Shown: positions 19,848 through 28,723, counted from the stretch's first letter. The stretch is 64,000 nt of DNA from Deltaproteobacteria bacterium (GCA_021817825.1 JAKAFS010000005.1:2679-66678); one strand, 5' to 3'. Notes: a model not told the origin generated them from the sequence alone. Translations and numbers: made by a program.

Positions 19848-20945
19848 ATGAACGATCGGTTGAAGATCGCGATCAACACCGGCGGCGGCGATGCCCCCGG
19901 ACTCAACGCCGTCATCTATGCCGTGACGATGGCGGCCGAGCGTCGCGGCTGGGAAGTCTATGGGATCCACACCGGCTACAAGGGGTTGCTGGACACCGAT
20001 CTGATCACCCGTCTCACCCCCGAGAAAGTCTGCGGGATCGTCTCCCTCGGCGGCACGATTCTCGGCACGACGAACAAGGGCGATCCCTTCAACATGCCCG
20101 TCAAGAACGCCGTGGGCGATGTGGAATGCCGCGATGTCTCGGGGAAGATCCTCTCCAATTTCAAACGGCTGGGACTCGATGTCCTGATCGCCGTCGGCGG
20201 TGACGGCTCTCTGCGGCTGGCCCACCGTTTCGCCCAATTGGGGATGCCGATCATCGGCGTCCCCAAGACGATCGACAACGATCTGGCGAGCACATTGGTC
20301 ACCTTCGGCTTCGATACGGCGGTGACCACCTCGACCGAAGCGATCGATAAGCTCCACTCCACGGCCAGCGCCCATCAGCGGGTGATGGTCGTCGAGGTGA
20401 TGGGCCGCTACGCCGGCTGGATCGCGCTCAACAGCGGCATCTCCGGGTCGGCCGATGTGATCCTGGTCCCCGAGATCCCCTTCACCATGGAAAGCGTTTG
20501 CGAGAAGATCATGGACAACGAGCTGCACGGGAAGGACTACGGCATCGTCGTTGTCGCCGAAGGGGCCAAGGCCCTGGGCGGCCAGATGATCACCAAGGGG
20601 GCCGGGGAAGAGGGGCGCCAGGAGGTGCTTTTGGGCGGCATCGGCGAATGGGTGGCCAAGGAGATCCATAAACGGACGGGTAAAGATACCCGCTCTTTGG
20701 TCCTGGGACACCTACAGCGCGGCGGTTCGCCTACGACCTTCGACCGGTTGATCGCGTTGCGTTTCGGCGCCGCGGCAGTCCGCTTCATCGCCGAGGGGCA
20801 GCGCAACGTGATGGTGGCCAATCAGCCGCCGACCATGGTGCCCGTTCCCCTGGCCGAGGCCGCGGAAAAGATGAAATCGGTGCCCCTCGATTCCGATTCG
20901 ATCCTCACGGCCCGCGATCTGGGGATCAGCTTCGGCGACGAGTGA
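19848..20945 (+). CDS. pfkA: 6-phosphofructokinase (PfkA family; phosphoryl donor ATP or PPi unresolved)
   Basis: GGGDAPGLNA, GGDGS and PKTIDNDL motifs. GGDG is ATP-like and the Lys in PKTIDND is PPi-like, so the donor is ambiguous. Confidence 0.9.
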   Translation: MNDRLKIAINTGGGDAPGLNAVIYAVTMAAERRGWEVYGIHTGYKGLLDTDLITRLTPEKVCGIVSLGGTILGTTNKGDPFNMPVKNAVGDVECRDVSGKILSNFKRLGLDVLIAVGGDGSLRLAHRFAQLGMPIIGVPKTIDNDLASTLVTFGFDTAVTTSTEAIDKLHSTASAHQRVMVVEVMGRYAGWIALNSGISGSADVILVPEIPFTMESVCEKIMDNELHGKDYGIVVVAEGAKALGGQMITKGAGEEGRQEVLLGGIGEWVAKEIHKRTGKDTRSLVLGHLQRGGSPTTFDRLIALRFGAAAVRFIAEGQRNVMVANQPPTMVPVPLAEAAEKMKSVPLDSDSILTARDLGISFGDE

Positions 20946-20972
20946 AGCGGCTGTTCCGACAGGGAGGATAGA

Positions 20973-21737
20973 ATGAGCGGCAGCACGTACGGTCTGGAAG
21001 ACAAGGTCGTTATCGTGACGGGCGGAAGCCGGGGGATCGGCCGGGAGTTGGCCCGCAGTTTCCTCGGGCAGGGGGCGCGGGTCGTCATCTGCGGCCGCAA
21101 AAAGGAGAACCTGGATGCGGCCCTGGCGGATCTGGGCGGCGGCGAGCGGCTCCTGGCCGTAACCGCCCATGTGGCCCGCGAAACCGATGTGGAAGCCCTC
21201 TTCGCGGCGGTCGTTCAGCGATTCGGCGGCCTCGATGTCCTGATCAACAACGTGGGGATGAACCTGCCGACGGTCTCCGTCGCCGATACGGATCTGGCCG
21301 TCTGGAACAAGATCATCGAAGGCAACCTGACTAGCGCCTTTCTCTGCGCCCGCCAGGCCGCCCGGATCATGAAGGAGAAGAAACGGGGTAAGATCGTCAG
21401 CCTCTCGTCGATCGCCGGTACACGGGCCGCCCCCGGCATGGGGATCTACGGCGTCGCCAAGGCGGGTCTCGAAATGCTCACGAAAGTCCTGGCCGCGGAA
21501 CTTGCCGCCTGCCACATCCAGGTCAACGCCGTCGCCCCGGGGATGGTGCGGACCGACTTCAGTAAGCCCTTCTGGTCGGAGCCTTCGATCTGCGAACAGA
21601 TCGTCAAGATGATTCCCGAAGGACGGATCGCCGAAGCGGCCGATCTGATCCCCCTTGTCCTGATGCTGGCCTCCAGTCAGGCGGACTACATCACCGGGCA
21701 GACGATCGCCGTAGACGGCGGGGCCACGGCCATATGA
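20973..21737 (+). CDS. SDR-family oxidoreductase (FabG-like)
   Basis: TGGSRGIG cofactor motif and YGVAKAG catalytic motif. Confidence 0.85.
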   Translation: MSGSTYGLEDKVVIVTGGSRGIGRELARSFLGQGARVVICGRKKENLDAALADLGGGERLLAVTAHVARETDVEALFAAVVQRFGGLDVLINNVGMNLPTVSVADTDLAVWNKIIEGNLTSAFLCARQAARIMKEKKRGKIVSLSSIAGTRAAPGMGIYGVAKAGLEMLTKVLAAELAACHIQVNAVAPGMVRTDFSKPFWSEPSICEQIVKMIPEGRIAEAADLIPLVLMLASSQADYITGQTIAVDGGATAI

Positions 21738-22501
21738 GCCTGACCGCCGGGATCGATATCGGCTCGATCACCGCCAAGGCCGCCGTCATGAGCGGCAAGG
21801 AGATCCTGGGGACGCGGGTGAGCTTCACGGGCTACCATTCCGAGACGGCGGGCCGCCGCGTTTTCGAGGAACTTCTCGGGGAACTGGGGCTCTCCCGAGA
21901 CAGGATCGGTCGGATCGTGGCCACGGGCTACGGCCGCAAGAATGTGAGCTTTGCCGACAAGGCGGTGACGGAAATCATGTGCCACGCCGCCGGGGCGCGC
22001 TGTCTCGAACCTGCCGTCCGATCGCTCATCGATATCGGCGGGCAGGACAGCAAGGCCGTCCTCATGGATGAAGCCGGACGGGTCGTGAATTTCACGATGA
22101 ACGACAAGTGTGCCGCCGGGACCGGCCGTTTTCTCGAGGTGATGGCGCGCGCCCTGGAGGCGGACCTGGACGGATTCGGCGCCCTTTCGCTCAAGGCGGA
22201 TCGGCCGGCCCAGATCAGCAGCCTCTGCACGGTCTTTGCCGAGTCGGAGGTGATTTCGCTCATCGCCCGGGGGGAGATGCGGGAAAACATTGCGGCGGGG
22301 ATTCACGAGGCGATCGCCTCCCGGATCTCCGCCATGGCCGGCCGGATCGGCCTGGTTGCCCCGGTCATGATGACGGGAGGGGTCGCCCGGAACAACGGTG
22401 TCGTTCGGGCCCTGGAAAAGGCGCTCGGGATGCCGATCATCGTCTCGCCCCAGGCCCAGCTCACGGGCGCCATCGGCGCGGCGTGCCTTGCTCAGATTTA
22501 A
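21734..22501 (+). CDS. Acyl-CoA dehydratase/benzoyl-CoA reductase-type activase (BcrA/BadF/HgdC ATPase)
   Basis: GIDIGSITAKAAV, DIGGQDSK and NDKCAAGTGRFLE motifs. The start overlaps the SDR stop (ATGA). Confidence 0.85.
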   Translation: MSLTAGIDIGSITAKAAVMSGKEILGTRVSFTGYHSETAGRRVFEELLGELGLSRDRIGRIVATGYGRKNVSFADKAVTEIMCHAAGARCLEPAVRSLIDIGGQDSKAVLMDEAGRVVNFTMNDKCAAGTGRFLEVMARALEADLDGFGALSLKADRPAQISSLCTVFAESEVISLIARGEMRENIAAGIHEAIASRISAMAGRIGLVAPVMMTGGVARNNGVVRALEKALGMPIIVSPQAQLTGAIGAACLAQI

Positions 22502-22555
22502 TAGGGGGACAGCTCCCCTATTTCCAAGGGGAGCTGTCCCCCTATTTATTTTGTT
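22501..22555 (+). terminator. Strong intrinsic terminator (perfect 18-bp stem)
   Basis: ATAGGGGGACAGCTCCCC-tatttccaa-GGGGAGCTGTCCCCCTAT followed by TTATTTTGTT. Confidence 0.8.
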
Positions 22556-22564
22556 ATAAGGGGT

Positions 22565-23548
22565 GTGGCTGTGAAGACAAGAATCAGGGAGATGGCGGAG
22601 GGGCTCTACATGGTCACCCTGCCCATGCCCTTTCGGCTGAAGTATGTGAACATCTTTGTGGCGATCGAAAAAGAGGGAATCACCCTCATCGACACGGGGC
22701 CCCAGATGGAAGGGGTCCTGCCCGCCCTGGAGGACTCTCTCGGTTCGCTCGGCCGGCGGGTGGAAGACTGCCGCCGGATCCTGATCACCCATTTCCATGC
22801 CGACCACTGCGGTCTGGCGGGTCTCATCGCCGAGCGGTCCGGTGCCGGCATCTTCCTTTCCGAGATCGACGCGCTGGCGATTCGGACCTTCATGGACCAG
22901 GATCTGCGCATGGATCATCGCCGCCGCTTCGGTCGGGAAAACGGTCTCGATGCCGAGACGCTCGCCGTCATCGAGAAGGCCGTTTCCGCCTTCCGGACGG
23001 CCACCGCCCCCTTCAATGCGACGGGGATTCTCTCCGGCGGCGACTCTCTGACCGTCGGAGGAAGGACCATGGAGGTCTTAGCGACACCGGGCCACAGCCG
23101 CGGCCACCTCTCCTTCTACCTACCCGCAGAGCGTCTCTTCATCGCCGGGGACCATGTCCTGCCGCACATTACCCCCAACTTGAGTCCGGACCTGCTCGAT
23201 CCTGCCTTCCGTCCCCTACAGAGTTTCCTGGCATCCCTGGAGCAGGTCGCCTCCCTTCCCGTGGAGATGGTCTATCCGGCCCACGGCCAGCCGTTCCCCG
23301 ACCTGAAGGATCGGGTCGCGGAGATGGAAAAGCACCATCATGAAAGAAAGGGAATTGCGCTGGAGGCGCTTGCCGAGCGGCCCAAAACGGCGACGGAGGT
23401 CTCCCGGTTCATCTTCGGCTCCGATCTTCCCCCCTTCGACCGGTATCTGGCGGTCAGCGAGAGCTACGTCCACCTGATCGAACTGGCCGCGGAGGGGGCG
23501 ATCCGGCAGGAGCAGGGCAACGGCCTGCGCATTTTCCACCGGGCGTGA
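22565..23548 (+). CDS. MBL-fold metallo-hydrolase
   Basis: ITHFHADHCG metal motif. 327 aa with a C-terminal helical extension. Confidence 0.8.
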   Translation: MAVKTRIREMAEGLYMVTLPMPFRLKYVNIFVAIEKEGITLIDTGPQMEGVLPALEDSLGSLGRRVEDCRRILITHFHADHCGLAGLIAERSGAGIFLSEIDALAIRTFMDQDLRMDHRRRFGRENGLDAETLAVIEKAVSAFRTATAPFNATGILSGGDSLTVGGRTMEVLATPGHSRGHLSFYLPAERLFIAGDHVLPHITPNLSPDLLDPAFRPLQSFLASLEQVASLPVEMVYPAHGQPFPDLKDRVAEMEKHHHERKGIALEALAERPKTATEVSRFIFGSDLPPFDRYLAVSESYVHLIELAAEGAIRQEQGNGLRIFHRA

Positions 23549-23568
23549 TTTAAGGAGAAGATTTTGTC

Positions 23569-24027
23569 CTATTCCGTACCCGCGTCGACGGGACGACGAT
23601 TCATGGCCAGCTGTTTGCGGCCTTCCTTGAAGAGGACCTCCATGCGGTCGGCCGTAACCTGTTCGACGAATCCTCGTCCGAAATGGGCGTGGGCGATGAT
23701 GTCCCCTTTTTCGTAAGACTCCGAAAGGCGGTAATCCCAGATGGCGGCATCGGGCGGCTGTTCGGCGCTGCGCAATTCCCACTGCCGCGCATCCGCCGGC
23801 CGGACCGGATTCGGTTTGGCCGCCGATCCTAATCTTCCGCCCGGACGGCGTTCCGCCGGGACCTCCCTTTTCTTTGCCGGTTTCGGTCCCCGGTAGCGGT
23901 GCTCGGCCCCGCAGGTCTTGCATTTTACGCTATGGACAGCCCCTGCCACCTCGTAGAGGACAATGTGCGCCAGCGTGAGCTGACAACGCAGGCAAAAGGC
24001 GTCGATGTTCTTTCCAACCAATGACAC
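23569..24027 (-). CDS. Hypothetical zinc-ribbon protein
   Basis: CLRC...CKTCG Cys4 pattern, a basic linker and a conserved-looking C-terminal domain. I recognise no family. Confidence 0.5.
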   Translation of the reverse strand: MSLVGKNIDAFCLRCQLTLAHIVLYEVAGAVHSVKCKTCGAEHRYRGPKPAKKREVPAERRPGGRLGSAAKPNPVRPADARQWELRSAEQPPDAAIWDYRLSESYEKGDIIAHAHFGRGFVEQVTADRMEVLFKEGRKQLAMNRRPVDAGTE

Positions 24028-24182
24028 GTGATGAACCCCCTAGTGGTGATATTGAAGGGCTTCATTAGCACGGCAGGGGGATTTTGGAAACCGCTTTATG
24101 GTTGCTTTCCCTCGTGTTGTGCCGGAGTCTCCGATAAGCAGCTGATCAGGGGGCGCCTTTTTTCTTCGAATGAATCTGCCTG

Positions 24183-26939
24183 TTATTGTCTCGCGCCCAC
24201 GAATCCTCCGGTGGCATGCTGTCCCCCCTGGCCGGCCTTCCAGACACCGCCAATGGCCTGGGCCGTGGTTCCATACAGGGAGCCGGCGGCGGCCTTTTCC
24301 GTCGCTGTGACACCTCCCACCGTCCAGGTTCCTGTCCCGGAGGTGATGGTGAAGTCGCTGCCCGTGATGGAACCCGAGGCACCGGAGACGGAAACGTATT
24401 TGCTGCTGTCTCCTCCGACGTCGGAGGCGTTAAGGTTGAAGTTGGTGACCGACGTGGAAGCGAAGTTCACTGAGGCGCTGAAGGTCCCCCGCAGAGAGGA
24501 CGAACTGCCCCCCCCGGCAAAGAGAGTTCCCCAGGAATCGCCCTGGTAGGTGCCCGTCATGCCGACGTTCGGGGTCGTCATGTCGGTTGTCTTGTCGCCC
24601 CAGACGTAGGCCCCCCGGTTCTTGAAGTCGTAATTCGTTCCGATGACGTCCATCGCGACGGTCTGGGTCCAGGTTCCCCACTCCATGTAGGCGTTTGAGG
24701 CGATCTTCTCGAACGAAATAGATTTGTTAGGCGATCCGCTGCCGGGGTATACAGCGAGAATGGCGATTTGCTTCGGTGAGGCGGCCCCGTTGATCTGGAG
24801 AAGATTCGTTCCGTTGTAGGCCTCGGCGGTGGAGGTGAAATCCTGCCAGGCGGTGGACATGTAGGTCCCCACGTAGAGGTTGCTGGCGCTGTTTTCGAGC
24901 ATTCCCGTAATGAAGCCTTGTTGGGCCGTCGGCGCGGCAACCCCGGTGAAGCTGTTGGAACTGATCCCCTGGTAGGTGCCCACGGCGCCCGTGCCGGTGG
25001 CGCTGTCGTACATCGCCCAGGGGCCACCGATGTAGTTGCCGTTTGTCCCGTAGAGAGAGCCCACAGCGCTTTTCCGGTCGGGAAAGACATCGCCGCTGCC
25101 GCCGTTCAATTTCCAAACGCCCGTTGTGGTATCGATCTTGAAATGGGCGTCGCTGCCGATCGTTCCCGAGGCGCCGGAGATGAGGGCCGAGGCGCCGCTA
25201 CCGGAGACGGTCACATAGAAGTTGTTCACCGCTCCGGTCGTAAGGTTGACGGTGCTGCTGAAGCTCCCCGTCATGTTCTTGCCGCCTGCGGCTGTCCAGT
25301 AGGTGCCATAGGCCCCGCCGCTGAAGCTCGCCGACCCTGAGAACTTCGAAATATCGGGCGTACTGTAGCCGAGGACATAGTAGGCCCGGTTATCCACCCC
25401 GTAGCTGGTGCTATCGGTCGTGAATGGGGCAATCGTTGCCCAGCCCCACTCCATGAAAAAATTGGTGCCCAGTATCCCGTGGGTGATGGGGGTGCTCAGT
25501 TCCCCGGGCGACTTGGTCCCGGAGCTGAAATCAACCCACTTCAGAGTGGGATCACCGAACTTCCCGCCGCCGTAAATCCGCATGAAGTCCTTTGCAGGGT
25601 CATTCATCCCCCTGGCCCAAGAACTATCATCCATATTCTGCCGGTTCAGGCTCATGAAGACCTCTTCGAGGGCCCCGGTCGAGGCGTTTGACAGGAGGCC
25701 CGTGAAGTAACCGGCGCTCTTCCCTGATGCGTTTGGCTGCTGCAATCCGGGGTCCGTTACGCTGTCGGTCGGCTTGGTCGTCTGTTCGACCTGGGTGGTG
25801 TTCTGGTTCTGGATGACGTTTGAGGTATCGATCACCGGAAGGGTTGGCCCCGCGGGCTGCCCGCCGCCCGCGGTATTGTCGGGCGCATTGCCCCCGGTCT
25901 GTCCCTGGCTGCTTCCCGCTTCGCCGCCACCTGAACCGTTGCCCGTACTGCCGGAACTCCCACCGGAGCCGCTGGAGCCTCCACTTGATCCGCCGGCATT
26001 TCCGCCGTTGCCCGCCGGGGGTGGGACATTCGTTATGGACTGGAACCGCTGGGAGATTTGGGGGGGAGTCGGCATGAGAGCGCCCATCCCCTGGGGGGTG
26101 GTCGTGAGGCTCTGGCCCGCCCCGACCAGGGTCGTTGCTCCCGTCGTGTTCGAAGTGACCGCCACGGTGCCGTCGAACCCGTGGACCGTGGTGTTAATTA
26201 CCGCTGTTCCCGATCCTCCTCTAGCTCCAGCCCCAGCCCCTGCCCCAGCTCCTCCACCTCCCCCCAACCCTCCCGGAATATTCGCCTGGGCCAGCCACAG
26301 ATAGCGTCGCCAGTCGGGGGAGTTATCGGCGATAAGAAGTGGAAGGGTGTCCAGAGCCGCCGTGCCGTTGGTCTCGCCTTTTTCCTCGCTGATCTCCATG
26401 CCGAATTTCGTTCCCCGGACGCCGGCCGTCGCCGTCGGGCCCTCGACGGTCATCTCCAGGCTCTTGTGGTTGAGCAGGCGGATGGCGTAGAACATCGCCT
26501 TGCCCTTGACGAGGGAGAGGACGGACTTTTTCTCGGCGGTGCCGCGGTTTCCCGCCACCTCCTTGACTGCCAGGCGGCTGTCGTCCCCGATGGTGACGAT
26601 GTCGTCGTTGAGGAGCTTGAGGCGGCACTTGGCATCCTTGAGCGTGAAGACCACGTCCTGCTCGTAGAGCTTGTCCCCGTTTGCGGCAAAGTAGGCCTGG
26701 CTCAGATCGCCCCGGGCCACGATCACATGGGCCAGGACGGTCTGAATCACGCCGGCCTCCTGCGTTGCGGCTGGGATGAAGTAGTCTTTCACCGAGACAT
26801 CCTTCAGCTCCTTGGGGAGCTGGCTTGCCGCTACGGCGCGGCCCCGGTTTTCGGCGGCGAGGACGTTGCGGACCTGCCATCCGCAGAGGAGCAGCAGGAA
26901 CAGGATGGCAATCAGGGAAAGGGGTATGCGACGGTTCAT
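24183..26939 (-). CDS. Secreted FecR-domain protein with Gly/Ser-rich linkers and two TbpB-like (handle + beta-barrel) lobes; candidate Slam/T11SS cargo
   Basis: Signal peptide (MNRRIPLSLIAILFLLLLCGW...LAAE). A FecR-like region follows (VIVARGDLSQAYFAANGDKLYEQDVVF...VEGPTATAGVRGTKFG). Poly-Gly/Ala and Gly/Ser tracts come next. Two homologous C-terminal modules end in ...AAGSLYGTTAQAIGGVWK...ATGGFVGARQ, which resembles TbpB/HpuA barrel domains. A GGGAGG RBS lies 17 nt after the upstream gene. Confidence 0.8.
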   Translation of the reverse strand: MNRRIPLSLIAILFLLLLCGWQVRNVLAAENRGRAVAASQLPKELKDVSVKDYFIPAATQEAGVIQTVLAHVIVARGDLSQAYFAANGDKLYEQDVVFTLKDAKCRLKLLNDDIVTIGDDSRLAVKEVAGNRGTAEKKSVLSLVKGKAMFYAIRLLNHKSLEMTVEGPTATAGVRGTKFGMEISEEKGETNGTAALDTLPLLIADNSPDWRRYLWLAQANIPGGLGGGGGAGAGAGAGARGGSGTAVINTTVHGFDGTVAVTSNTTGATTLVGAGQSLTTTPQGMGALMPTPPQISQRFQSITNVPPPAGNGGNAGGSSGGSSGSGGSSGSTGNGSGGGEAGSSQGQTGGNAPDNTAGGGQPAGPTLPVIDTSNVIQNQNTTQVEQTTKPTDSVTDPGLQQPNASGKSAGYFTGLLSNASTGALEEVFMSLNRQNMDDSSWARGMNDPAKDFMRIYGGGKFGDPTLKWVDFSSGTKSPGELSTPITHGILGTNFFMEWGWATIAPFTTDSTSYGVDNRAYYVLGYSTPDISKFSGSASFSGGAYGTYWTAAGGKNMTGSFSSTVNLTTGAVNNFYVTVSGSGASALISGASGTIGSDAHFKIDTTTGVWKLNGGSGDVFPDRKSAVGSLYGTNGNYIGGPWAMYDSATGTGAVGTYQGISSNSFTGVAAPTAQQGFITGMLENSASNLYVGTYMSTAWQDFTSTAEAYNGTNLLQINGAASPKQIAILAVYPGSGSPNKSISFEKIASNAYMEWGTWTQTVAMDVIGTNYDFKNRGAYVWGDKTTDMTTPNVGMTGTYQGDSWGTLFAGGGSSSSLRGTFSASVNFASTSVTNFNLNASDVGGDSSKYVSVSGASGSITGSDFTITSGTGTWTVGGVTATEKAAAGSLYGTTAQAIGGVWKAGQGGQHATGGFVGARQ

Positions 26940-26956
26940 ATAACCTCCCGGAAAAA

Positions 26957-28408
26957 TCAGAAATAGAAACCCATGCTGAGGGTGTAGGTCTGCTTCCTGA
27001 ACGTGAAGAGTTCAAGATTCGACAGGTTTTCGATGTAGTTGTAGGAGAGCGAGGCGAACAGGTGGTTCAGCAACTCCTGGCTCACGACGGCGGAGAAGCT
27101 GTGCCGCCGATCCACCCGCTCCTCGTTGTAGAGAATGGGCGCCGCCTTGTAGTCCCTCATTCCGAATTGGTAGCGGAAGAAAAGATCGGTCTTGGTGGAA
27201 AAACGGGTGTAGTAGGAAATGGCTCCGTAGGGGGCGGTGTAGGAGAAACGGCGGGCCTCCGCCGCGACGTATTCCTTCCCGAGGCTAAGGGAGACGATAT
27301 GCCGGCGATCCAGAAAATAAAAGTTCGGCGTAAGTTCGTAGCGGTTCGTGACGTTGTTCTGATCCTGGTTGGTCAGCTCCATGAACCGCTCTTTGCTGTT
27401 AGAGTAAAGGGCTTTGAGGCTGAAGGAGGAGGTGAAGTAATGTTCCCAGCTCGGCCGGAAGTGGTAGATGGTCGAAAGAGGATCGCTGCCGAGTTCCTGT
27501 TTGGAGATCCCCAGGGGGAGCTTCACGATATCGTTCGGCCCCACCCACCAGAGGCCGGTTGAAAAATCTCCGAGGAGATAATTGTATTTGCCGTTCCGGA
27601 AATAGAACTGGTTGTATACATCGGCCGTCGTGTTCCAGAGGAAGCCTTTCTTTTCTCCGAAGTCGTAGAGGACGTTTCCCGAGAAGTTCTCGATCGAGGC
27701 CCAGTCGCTGATTTTCGTGGCGCTGTCGTCCAGGGTCAGGGTTCCCCCCGTTACGCTGAGGACCTTTTGGTCCGGGCCGCTGGAGACATTGCTGTCCCAC
27801 TGGAGCCCCTGGGAGAAACGGACATTCCAGAAAAGGGTCTTCGTGCTCTCCTCGATGGCGGCCAGGAGGCGGTCGATATTCTGAACCACCGCTTCGGGCG
27901 GCCGGGCCTGCTTGACGAGTTCCGCCTCGCGGCGGGCCTCCTCGTACTGCTTCAACTGGAAATGGGCGGCGGCCAATTCGAGGCGGACCCGATGCAGTTG
28001 GGGATCGATGGTCAGCATCCGTTGGAACTTTTCGATCGCCAGCTTGGTTTCGCCGACGTTCATGGCGCTTGTCCCTAGCCACCACATGATATCCATGGTT
28101 TCCACATCGGCGGCGATCAGGTTGAAGATGGGCAGGGCCTGGGCGAATTTCCCGTCGTAATAGAGCGTCAGGGCCTCGGTGAGCTTGTCGTCGAGGCCGG
28201 CGATCTTGTCCGCCGGCATCTGGCGGAGCTTATCGACCGCTTCCTGATGGGCGGTTCGATAGTCCGGCTCCCCGCTCGGCTGGGCGGATTCGAGGGCGGG
28301 TGGCGTGGTGGCCGAGAGCTGGCCATGGGCCGGCGTGGTGCTGAAGACCAGGACGGTAAAGGGGATCAGGCACAGGCCGGACAGAGAAGAAACGTATTTT
28401 TTGCTCAT
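26957..28408 (-). CDS. Outer-membrane protein with N-terminal TPR region and C-terminal beta-barrel, Slam/DUF560-like (type 11 secretion translocon candidate)
   Basis: 483 aa with a signal peptide. TPR-like helices are present (YYDGKFAQALPIFNLI..., KLAIEKFQRMLTIDPQLHRVRLELAAAHFQLKQYEEARREAE). A region of about 300 aa with alternating beta-strand pattern follows and ends in the aromatic terminus LSMGFYF. The gene is adjacent to a TbpB-like cargo gene. Confidence 0.65.
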   Translation of the reverse strand: MSKKYVSSLSGLCLIPFTVLVFSTTPAHGQLSATTPPALESAQPSGEPDYRTAHQEAVDKLRQMPADKIAGLDDKLTEALTLYYDGKFAQALPIFNLIAADVETMDIMWWLGTSAMNVGETKLAIEKFQRMLTIDPQLHRVRLELAAAHFQLKQYEEARREAELVKQARPPEAVVQNIDRLLAAIEESTKTLFWNVRFSQGLQWDSNVSSGPDQKVLSVTGGTLTLDDSATKISDWASIENFSGNVLYDFGEKKGFLWNTTADVYNQFYFRNGKYNYLLGDFSTGLWWVGPNDIVKLPLGISKQELGSDPLSTIYHFRPSWEHYFTSSFSLKALYSNSKERFMELTNQDQNNVTNRYELTPNFYFLDRRHIVSLSLGKEYVAAEARRFSYTAPYGAISYYTRFSTKTDLFFRYQFGMRDYKAAPILYNEERVDRRHSFSAVVSQELLNHLFASLSYNYIENLSNLELFTFRKQTYTLSMGFYF

Positions 28409-28512
28409 GATGAAAATCCTCGGAAGAGTGATAGTCGAAACCGTTCCGCATCCGGATAGTCTGAGTGATTGACGCCTCGGGCCTGGCGTTCGTCATTCGA
28501 GTCATTCAAAGA

Positions 28513-28526
28513 AACGAATATTCGTT
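28513..28526. promoter_or_regulatory. Perfect 14-bp palindrome AACGAATATTCGTT upstream of the Slam-like gene
   Basis: Seen directly in the sequence. It is flanked by repeated (T)CATTC(G/A) motifs at about 28486-28555, roughly 100-150 nt upstream of the 28408 start. Confidence 0.35.
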
Positions 28527-28642
28527 CGATCTACAGACGATAAGGTTCACATTCGTATTATAAATACTAGAAAGGAACGCACTTTTTGTCAAGGTGAGAA
28601 TCTTGACGGTATTTGATAATCGCAGGACATCATGCTTATGCG

Positions 28643-28665
28643 AATGGTAGGCATAATCTAACAGC
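28643..28665. promoter_or_regulatory. AATGGTAG-N7-CTAACAGC, degenerate copy of the recurring palindrome (site 4)
   Basis: The left arm is exact and the right arm matches 5/8. It lies in the divergent intergenic region between the Slam-like gene and the thioredoxin operon. Confidence 0.35.
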
Positions 28666-28694
28666 AGCCGTCGAACGATCTTTCCGGCCTGATA

Positions 28695-28723
28695 TTGACA
28701 TTTACCGACGGCGTGAGTATCTA
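28695..28723 (+). promoter_or_regulatory. Candidate sigma-70 promoter for the thioredoxin/peroxiredoxin operon
   Basis: TTGACA-N17-TATCTA, about 215 nt upstream of the ATG at 28939. Confidence 0.35.

Noticed and set aside
26215-26275. Short GC-rich hexamer-like repeats (GCTGGN-type) that could look like a repeat array.
   Set aside because: They lie inside the 918-aa CDS and simply encode a (Gly-Ala)n tract. There is no spacer/repeat organisation, so this is not a CRISPR array or an independent repeat element.
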